Source: Lama guanicoe (taxonomy: Eukaryota). Taken from it: a DNA stretch of 58,336 bases. Below the pieces are notes generated by a model that had not been told where the DNA came from, searched no databases, and saw nothing but the letters and a program-made list of their open reading frames with translations. Position numbers and translations under genes: made by a program. Where the stretch lies: the NCBI GenBank assembly GCA_013239625.1, contig MU054085.1:234666-293001 (forward strand), written 5' to 3'. Of this stretch, positions 1-8,687 are shown piece by piece (position 1 is the stretch's first letter; the number at the start of each line of letters is the position of its first letter).

Positions 1-255
1 CAGCACCGACCTGCACGGAAGCTCGGGTTTGCGCAAACCGGAGCTCTCCTGGGAGTCGCGTTTACGCCCTAGTCCTGCCTGGTTGCGTGCCTCTGCGGTA
101 AGCGCTCAAAATATCCCGCGGGAACCGCTTTAAAGTTAAGAAATGTATGGATTTATGCCGGGCTAAAACCAGATGCTTTCAGGGAATCTGCTAGTTCACT
201 CTGGTTTTGTTGACGCCTGGAACTTCAGCGTTTGCATGAACCGCATCTTGCGCTG
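1..255. promoter_or_regulatory. 3' edge of a CpG island / probable promoter or first-exon region
   Basis: Many CpG dinucleotides in 1-255, falling abruptly to CpG-depleted background; not repeat-like. Confidence 0.6.
95..103 (+). promoter_or_regulatory. Candidate 5' splice donor GCG|GTAAGC (exon end at 97)
   Basis: Good match to donor consensus at the downstream edge of a CpG island, the typical position of an exon-1 donor. Confidence 0.45.
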
Positions 256-1499
256 CCTGGTCCTCCAGGCACCCTTAAACCCGTGCTTAGAAAAGAAAAC
301 TCCAGTGATGCCTTGAAGAGAACAGTGTCTTCTTTAGAAGGGCAGCAAAGGAGAGATTTTAGGTGGAAGGGAACACCTTCTTTTTCACTCTGGATCTCTC
401 ATTGCTGCCTCCACCTCTCACAGAGCTGACAGAGTGTGAGTGCATGTCTGTGTCCCACCATAATTTTTCCTCCCAAGCTGTCTTAAAGCGATCTTTCCCT
501 CTTTCTCCCTGCCCAGGAGGCAGGCTGACTTTTTTTAGAGGAAATTTACTCAATGCTTGGGGTGTGGTGGGGGTGTGAGAGGGGAGAAAGATAATGAATT
601 CTAAGTGTATAGCAAAAGCTAAATGTAAATACATTAAATAAAAGCTAAAAAGCAAGGATTGATCTATTTATCTTCCACTAGTAGGGCAAGTTGATACCTT
701 GAGCCAGATACTGCTGAGCTGCGGATATAGTCAGGCAAGCACAGTCTATTGACAGGGAAAGAGACAATTATCTCACGCAAAACAGGCAGTAGTATGGTGA
801 GCAAAGGCACGAGGCCTGCTAGGAGGGGAGGGAGGCATCTGATCTCCTGTCTAATAAGGGAGAAGCGCTTTCCATGTATGTGTTTCATATGTTAAATCAT
901 GACACTCCGTTTAAAGTCCCATAAGGTTCAGCTCACTCAGAACACCTACATTTCTTACTCTGGCCTTCCAGGGTCTGCATCCCCTGCCCTGCGGTGTAGG
1001 TGAGGCTGGCCTGGGTGGCTCCTTCCTGTCCCTGGTTCCTCATGGCAGGTAGCTGTGTCCTAAGCATGTATGGCTTGTTAATTTTTTCCCCACAAAAACA
1101 AAGCATATTCATGATAGTTTCACATTTTAAAAAATGCCTCAGCCTTACCATGGCCAAAGGTGTCCTTAATTCACACAAACACACGTGCACGTGCACATGC
1201 ACGCACACTCACACCTCTAAGCAGTTACCTTCTCTGGCATTGCTCCTTCCCCACATGGGGAATAACTTTGCAAACTCTATTAAGATCCTATATATGCTTT
1301 TTTTCCCTCCAAGAGTTGATTTTTTTTTCTTTATCCTTTTTGTCTTGGCTCCCCTTTCTGCCGAGCTTCCTCCTTGACACACAACACAAACCCACCGGGC
1401 TCAAAGTAAATTCTCTTGACAACCCAGTATAAATTCTTCCTTATTTGTCCAGGCCCTTTAATCCTATATAGACAGAAACACAAACACACACACATGCAT

Positions 1500-2620
1500 A
1501 TACAAATACAGAATTTTCACTATTGTCTGAATTTTGTTTTCCTGACTCAAAACATAGTTTGGATGCTTCAGAGTCAACAGACAGATTTAACTTATTCTTT
1601 TCAATGGTTAAATATTATTCTTGTGGTATGAATGCATCATAATTCATACCCTCTCTTTCCTATTTATATGAAAATTCACATTGCCTCCAGTTTTTACTAC
1701 TAAAGACAACGCTACTATAAATATTTTTACATTATGTCTCCACAGTACAATGCTTTATTTCAATGGGATAGATTCCAAGTGGACTTGCTAGGTAGTGGAT
1801 TATACTTATATTAAAATGCATATATGTATACATGTTGTATATTTCTCTTTTATGTTGCCAGATTGCCTTCTAAAAAGGTGCAATGCTAACATTTCACTAA
1901 CAATTAAATTACCCTTTACCCTACATCGTCTACAGCAATAGATATTAAGGGTCTTTTTAGTTTTGTCAGTCTAAAATGTGTAAAATATGATAACATTGCT
2001 CATACATAATGTTTATTTTCCAGACTACTAGAGAATTTGAATTTCTTTTAAGACTTCTTTACTGTGTGAACTTTCTCTTCTTTAAATTGTCTGTTCACAT
2101 CCCTTGCCCTTTTTTCTGTTGGATGGTTTTCTGGTCATTTTTTTCCAAGTGCTTTTTGTATGTTATAGGTATAAGCACTTTGCCTGTCATGAATATTTCA
2201 AATATTTTTTCTAATATTATTATCTATCTCTTGAATTTTGTGTATTTTCCATAAAAACATAAATAATTTTTATGTAGTCTGTATTTGCTTTAATAGCTTT
2301 TGGGTTTTTAAGTTTTGGTTTAAAAGAACCTCTGCAAATCCTGGCTTTTGCCACATACTCTCCTAGATTTTCTTGGCAGCTTTTTATTGTTTCATTTTTC
2401 TTACATTTAAGTATTTAATTTACCTGGGGTTTGTTATTTTATATTATGTAAAATTCTTTTTTCATATAGTTTGCATGTTTTCACAGCTCTTTCCATTTTT
2501 CTAATGAATTAAACCATTATCCTTATAATAGAATAAATCTTCAAATATATATGATTTAATATTTATATTTTCTGGTCTTTTCCACTAATCTATTTATCTA
2601 TTCCTATAGCAACACTATAC
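1500..2620 (-). mobile_element. Ancient L1 (L1ME-like) 3' region
   Basis: Degenerate antisense L1 3'UTR/ORF2 motifs (ttattcttttcaatgg...ttgcctccagttttt; ttgtctgttcacatcccttgccc). Confidence 0.65.
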
Positions 2621-2624
2621 GTAT

Positions 2625-2744
2625 AATTCATATAATCTCCTACTTTCCCTAGCCTTCTTGAATTAGGCAGAGCCTTGTGACTAATTCAGCCAATAGACTG
2701 TTAGTGGAAATGATATGCATCACCTTCAGGCTAAAGCATAGAAA

Positions 2745-2775
<31 letters not shown>

Positions 2776-2996
2776 AAGGAAAAGAGACTTCTCCATGTGT
2801 TGTCCTGCCAAGTCCCAAACAATGGGACAGGTCCTGATCACCATGAATTCCTGAGCGACTGTATAACACAGGCCCCTGGCAGATCATCACTGACATGTAG
2901 CATAAGCAAGAAATGAGTTCTTGTTGTGCTAAAGCACTAGGATTTGGGATCAATTTGTTACTCACCATGATGTACTAGCGCATCCTGACTAATACA
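2625..2996 (+). mobile_element. MaLR LTR (MLT1-type) interrupting the old L1
   Basis: gtgactaattcagccaat..., caagaaatgagttcttgttgtgctaaagcactag and canonical MLT1 end ctgactaataca at 2996; contains (TG)n(AG)n at 2745-2775. Confidence 0.75.
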
Positions 2997-2999
2997 GGA

Positions 3000-4100
3000 A
3001 ATACTCTGATACTGATAAGACAAGTTCATATGAGTGCTCATTTCATGCTTTTCTTGCCTATTTTGCAGTGTCATATTTAAACTTTGATATTTTAATTTCA
3101 AATTTTTAGAATTCCAAATAAAACAACCTGCATTAATACTCTAATTGGAACTGCCTGGAATTTATTTAATTTTGACAAAATTGATGTTTTTGATACTAAG
3201 TTGTTTCATCCAAGAGCATGGTATCCCTTTCCATTTCTTCAAGTCTTGTTTTATACCTTTCAAAAATATTTTATAATTTTGGTTTAAATAGATACAGTCT
3301 TTTGATTAAATGTATTTCCATGTGTTTTGTTTCCATTGCAAATGAAATATTTTTTTTTACCCTAGATCAAAGAAAACCTATTGACTTCTGTGCATATGTA
3401 TTTGTTTGTATGAGTTTGTGCAAGTGTGTGTATATGTGTGTGTATCCTAGACATTTTACCAAATTTCTTATTCATTCTACTGTTTTTCACTTGAGTTTCC
3501 TTAGTTTTCAATCACATCATTAGCATTTTCTTGTCTCATTGAATTTCCTTTACCTTCCATGACAAAGTCAAATTCAAAGTAGTGATAGCAAATATTTCTA
3601 CATAGTTTCTGAAGTTAATAAGGATGGCTTTGTTTTTTTACCATTTAGGATAATATTTGTTGTTAAATTGGCTAAATAGTCTTTTATGTTTAAATGTCTT
3701 CCTTCTACTTTATTTTGCCCTGAAGTTTTTATTGACATGTCTTGTAATTTCTTTCTTTTTAATGCATTTTTCAGGATTTGCTAACATGAATGTGTAATTT
3801 TTTTCACTAATTTATTGGCAACATGGATTAGGTGGAATTATTGGCATAATAGACTTCCCAACACTGACCCACCCTAACATTCCTGGCATGAATTCTGTTT
3901 GGCCAGAGGCTGTATCACGCCTTTGATATATTGCTGGAACCAACTTGTTGATGTTTTATTTAACACTCTTGCATCTATTTGCCTAAGTAAGCTTGATGTA
4001 TAGATGTTTTCCTCTTTTCCTTTCCTGTCTTGATCAGATTTTGGTATCAGTGTTATGCATCAAAAAATGAGCTGTGAAACATCTTATCTTTAACTATGGC
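3000..4100 (-). mobile_element. Ancient L1M ORF2 remnant
   Basis: Antisense ORF2 motifs (catccaagagcatggtatccctttccattt; attttggtatcagtgttatg). Confidence 0.65.
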
Positions 4101-4109
4101 CAGAAATAT

Positions 4110-4253
4110 TAGTCTTGGTCCCTGAACCAGCAGCATTGGCATCACCCAGAAGCCACTTGGGAATGTAAGTTCTCAGATGCAGAACTACCAAACTAAGATC
4201 TGCCTTTTACTAAGACTGTAGGTAATTTGCACGCACATTAAAGTTTGGGGAGC
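4110..4253. mobile_element. MER5A-like hAT-Charlie MITE
   Basis: ggtccctgaaccagcagcattggcatcacc...gcacattaaagtttggggagc. Confidence 0.75.
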
Positions 4254-4265
4254 TTAAAATAGGTA

Positions 4266-4425
4266 AGTGTTTTCCAAATTTCTGAGATGGTAAGAATCAC
4301 TTGAATTGCTTGTTAAATAAATGTATTATTTTCCCATGAAAATTCTGATTTGGTAGGTCTGATAGTGATCTGTGTTTTTATCAAGTATTCTGGGTCAGTC
4401 TTCTCTTCAAGCAAGTTTGGAAATA
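4266..4425. mobile_element. MER5A1-like hAT-Charlie MITE
   Basis: agtgttttccaaa...taagaatcacttg...caagcaagtttggaaata with TIR-like ends. Confidence 0.65.
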
Positions 4426-4596
4426 AATGGGTCTTTTACTTAAAATCCAGCATGAAACTAGAGGAGTGCTTTCTTCATCTCAAAACAATTGTCTTCTAGT
4501 ATTTTTTGAAGTTATTACCTCTTCTCCATCAGTTCCTTTTTCTCCTTCTGGGACTCTTATTGGTGGCATGCTAGGTCTCTCATATCCATTCTATGA

Positions 4597-4780
4597 ATGT
4601 TTTGAAAACTATACCTCACCCTTTAGTGGTGACTAGTATTTTTTAAAAAATGAAATAACAGAATAGAAAATGTCAGAGTGCACAGCACATGGAGTAAGGG
4701 TAAGTATTGTTTTGTGAAGTTTTTATTTCCATTAAAGCCCTGCATGGATTGCAGTAAAAAAAAAAGTTTGAAAGCAATTC
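4597..4780. mobile_element. hAT-Charlie MITE fragment (subfamily uncertain)
   Basis: aatagaaaatgtcagagtgca...gtaagggtaagtattgttttgtgaa and end aaaaagtttgaaagcaa. Confidence 0.55.
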
Positions 4781-6039
4781 TGTAAATTTCTTTAAAATTT
4801 CCTCATGGTTTTACATCTTTTTTTTTTTCATTTCTGCTTTGTGTTCAAATATATTTCTTGCACTTGATTTTCTAAGCCATTTCTTTGGGTCTTTTAATGC
4901 TGATGCTGAATGTTTTAGCCAAAAGATGTCTGTTTAGCTTCAGCTCTTGAATCTCCTTAAGGATACTTACTGTTACTCTAATGTTTTATTCAGATGTTCA
5001 AGTAGCTCTTTCAGAAGCTTTCTTACCTGAGTGTGTTTTCTGATTATCCAGCCTCAGTGTTTCTGGCAGCGAGGCTCCCTTGCATAGATTGTTCTTTCCT
5101 TGAGTGGGTTTCCAGGGCCCAGGTTGAAGCGTTCTAAACAGTGGGCATTTAGTGATTACCCAGGTCATGACAGAAGTTGTGGGATTAAGGTTAGGATTAG
5201 CCACACCCAAATTGTCAAAATTCCACTGCGATACCTCCAGGGAGCCTCCCTGCCTCCCATTCTTCCTGTCCATTTCCTGTCTCGAGCAGGAAGACCTACC
5301 CCATCCTTTCTGTCTCCTCTAGACCTTTTGAGCATCAGGGAGACTCCCTGGCCCACCAACCCAGGGCAGATATCTGCCCCCATTTTCAGCTCTAAGCACC
5401 CAGGTTCCTTTGTTTTCATTCTCCCTCCAAGTTTCCATGCTGATCTCCCAACAAAGCCCAGTCAGCCAGAAGAAGCTCTGCCCAATTCCACTGTTCTCTT
5501 AGCTCAGCCCTCAACAGAGCCCCAGGATGCGCTTTAAGCCCAGCTGTCTTTAAGGTTTGAAGCCATTTGGATGATGAAAGAAGACACTGGAGCTGGCTGG
5601 AGAGCAGCTGCATTCTGGCCCCTATAAACCCTGGTCCCCTGAAGCCACTGCTGTGGAAGCATCCCTTTCCCCCTTTCAAGTGTTGATGAGTTGCTGTTAG
5701 TCACTGGCTCCCTTCCCCAGCCGTCCTTTCACAAAGCAGACTGCCTGGTGTGCGTTACACCTCTTTCAAATCAGATTGTTCTCTGAAGGCAGGGAAAACG
5801 TTATTTAGCTATTTATTTGCTAACACTCCCTTCCATACAATGTTCTGCCCAGAGTGGATGATCAAAATGTATTGTATTAAATTGGATTGAATTGCACAAA
5901 AGGGTTAAATTTAGAAAAGTGGTGTGAGGCAGGGAGGCTGCAACAGATCAGAAGTCATTAAACTGCACATCTTCCCGTCACAAAACAGTAGTAAACAATG
6001 ACAATAACAGGAAGCAGAGAGAGGAAGGGGAGGCTCACT

Positions 6040-6160
6040 GGCATTTAAACAGTGCTCACTGTGTGCCAGGCACTGTTCTGTGTGCTTTACAGGTAATCAC
6101 TTTATTTGATCTTCTGTCAGCAGTTCTAACATAACATGAGGACTATGATTATAACTGTAT
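6040..6160 (-). mobile_element. MIR SINE fragment
   Basis: catttaaacagtgctcactgtgtgccaggcactgttctgtgtgctttaca. Confidence 0.75.
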
Positions 6161-6299
6161 GTGAATGTTACCCCCTTCCTACTGCTCCAGGCACACAAAA
6201 CATTTATCTCAAAAGTACTACTTTCCACACAGACCTTTGTTCCTCCTGGTGCTCTGAGCTGTGAGCTGCCTCTGAGCTGAACTGAAGATGGTGAGAATG

Positions 6300-6990
6300 G
6301 GCAGTGTCATCTGCTCAGCCAGAGCAGGACAGACTGTAGGAACAGCCTGGGCCAGACCCACTTCCTGATCTTAGAGAGCCTCCTCGAGAGGAAGGAGGCA
6401 GCTAGGACTCGTGCTGGGGACAGAGACCTGGGTGGCAGCCACCTGGGGGCTCCTCATGTGCAATACCACCAGCTCTGGTGAGCCCCACATTGGAATCCTC
6501 CCTCTGGTGTGTTAGCATCAGGGACCTGCCTGCCAGTGGGCCAGCATCAACTCTGAGCCCCTGGACCACATGGCCAACTGCATGCGAAGACAACTCCACT
6601 CTCCAGTGTGCCCACAGCCACTGCATGAGACAGAGCCTCAGACAACCAGGACAGGGGTCAACACCACCTACCACTGTATACACAGTAGAAGGGTGCACAT
6701 GGGCAGAACAGGGGCACCCCTAGAGCATAGAGCTCTGGTGACCAGAGGGGAGGAAGCTGCTGGCTCCTTAGGACATCTCCCATGTAAGGCCACTTCTCTA
6801 AAGGTGGAAAATGTAAGCAACCTAAATAACATATAGAAATAAACTCAGAGAACTGGGCAACATGAGGAAGCAGCAGAATATGCTTCAAATAAATTAACAG
6901 CACATAAACTCAGAAAAAGAACTAAATAAAGTAGAAATGAGCAATTTACCCAATAAAGAGTTTAAGGTAATAATCATAAAGATGTCCAAC
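6300..6990 (+). mobile_element. L1 5'UTR and start of ORF1 (3'-truncated fragment)
   Basis: GC-richer UTR, then atgaggaagcagcagaatatg (MRKQQNM) and SNLPNKEFKVIIIKM-type ORF1 N-terminal sequence. Confidence 0.7.
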
Positions 6991-7577
6991 CGTAGGATGA
7001 TATTAGTATTCCTCAAGGGCAGTTCGAGAACTAAAGGAGATAACGTGTGTGTGTCTTTAACACTGTATTGATTACATAAAGGATGATAATAGCGAGGTAA
7101 CACTACTTACCTACACATCTAACTTTTAGTATGTACACTACCCATGGCACATACTGTCTTTTTTTTCAATTGAAGCATAGTTTATTTGCAATATTATATT
7201 AGTTTCAGACATACAACATAGTAATTCAGTATTTTAAAGATTATTATACGATATTGACTATATTCCCTCTGCTGTAAAACATATCCTTGTAGCTTATTTA
7301 TTCTCTATCTAGTTGTTGGTACCTCTTAATCCTCACCATTAATTTGCCCCACCCCTCTTTTCTTTCCCCACTGGTAATCACTAGATTGTTTTCTATATCT
7401 GTGAATCTCTTTCTGTTTTGTTATATTTCTTTTTTTTTTGATTCTATAAATAAATGATGACATACAGTTATCTTTTGTTTGATTTATTTCCCTAAACATA
7501 ATAAACTCTAGGTTCATCCATGTTGCTGCGAAAGGTAGAATTTCATTTTTATGGCTGAGTAATATTCCACTGCATAT

Positions 7578-8687
7578 TCGGAAGAGGAGCCCGAGCGTCT
7601 CAGGATTAAACCTCACGAACAGACGTTCGCACACATCCCCGGGCTCGGGGGAGATGCTCCTTCCCAGCCCAGCCGAGGCCTGCTGGGGAGCACGGCCGCC
7701 GAAGAGGGGCCAGGCGCGGCCACCGCGGGTCTGGGGTCGGAGGAGGCGGCGGCGGCGGCGGCGGCCTGGGAGCAGGCGGCCGCGTCCTTCGACGCCGTGG
7801 GCCGCTTCGCGGAGGGGCAGCCCTGCTTCCCGGCGCAGGAGGCGGGGCAGCTGCGCGCGCCGCGCTCCGTGTTCATCACGCAGCGGCAGCTGTCGCGGCG
7901 GCGCGGGGCCCTCGGGGCCGCGGTCAAGCTTGAGGCCCCCCAGGAGCGCGCTGGGGCCCGCGGCCCCCGGGCTCGCCCCCTTTGCCCGGCTCGTCCGCGG
8001 CGCGTAAGGACTGAGGCGGCCTCACTCACAGAGCTCTCCCGGGAGCCGGGCCGCGGCGTCGGTGGCCCACTGCTCAGGGCAGCCCGTCCCTCCAAGGCTT
8101 TGCCCACCGATGGCAGTGCCTGCTGCCACCCGGCGAGGCCGGCACTTCCCGAGGCCCACCGCCGTCCCTGCCGGGGCTCAGTCTGCGCGTCTGGGGCCAG
8201 CCCTGGGTTAGGCTGGTCCCGAAGGCAGGTCCAGTTATGAATGAGAGTCAGCGTAGCCCCGCCTGTGGCTTTGCAGCCACGCGTCCGTCCCGCCCCCGCT
8301 CCCCCCCCCCCGTGCTCACATGTCCCCGCGGCAGCCGCGATCACACTCCGCAGTACGAGTCTCAGCACTGCTCTGCGGCGTCAGCAGGTCCCCCCCTCCG
8401 CGGGCGCGGGCCCCCAGGCCCGGGGGCTGCACCCGGAGCTGAGGGGGTGGGATTGTTCCTTCACAGCCGTCAGCAGCGTGCAGCCCGGTGCCGTCCCCCC
8501 GGTGCAGGACGTCGGGGCACTGCCAGCGTTTTAGCATCTCGGCTTGAAGTCCAGTATAGAGTCCACTGTCCCTCGTTCCCCAGGATTTCGCATTTACGGC
8601 TTTTGTGTTAATGAACCTTGACCAGAGGTTCGAAAATTTGTCCGGGGTCATAGAATAAAAACAGTAAAACAGGAAGAAAAAATAAAA
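7578..8687 (+). pseudogene. JRK: 5'-truncated processed pseudogene (retrocopy) of JRK, Jerky helix-turn-helix protein
   Basis: Frame from 7578 reads SEEEPERLRIKPHEQTFAHI...EEAAAAAAAWEQAAASFDAVGRFAEGQPCFPAQEAGQLRAPRSVFITQRQLSRRRGALGAAVKLEAPQE. This matches the recalled human JRK C-terminus (KPHNKSFAHI...WEQAAVAFDAVLRFAERQPCFSAQEVGQLRALRAVFRSQQQVRRRRGALGAVVKVEALQE). Shifted frame ends SPPLPGSSAARKD-TGA(8012-8014) vs SPLPCSSTAGDN*. No in-frame ATG; AATAAA and A-rich tail follow. Confidence 0.9.
8654..8687 (+). terminator. Polyadenylation signal and decayed poly(A) tail of the retrocopy
   Basis: AATAAA at 8654-8659, then aagaaaaaataaaa at 8674-8687, after which host L1 sequence resumes. Confidence 0.75.

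Noticed and set aside
5100..5537. 145-aa ORF, and the 152-aa ORF at 15344-15802
   Set aside because: No recognisable protein similarity; non-ATG starts; the latter lies in an L1 5'UTR and the former probably in old repeat-derived sequence.
7613..8368. 251-aa minus-strand ORF and other overlapping GC-rich ORFs at 7654-8651
   Set aside because: Shadow frames of the GC-rich JRK retrocopy; low-complexity Ala/Arg/Gly/Pro content with no recognisable homology.
8400..8452. G-quadruplex in the retrocopy UTR
   Set aside because: G-runs have long C-rich loops; expected by chance at this GC content.
7578..8687. The functional JRK gene itself
   Set aside because: No N-terminal HTH or DDE coding sequence, no ATG, one frameshift, and embedded in an L1.
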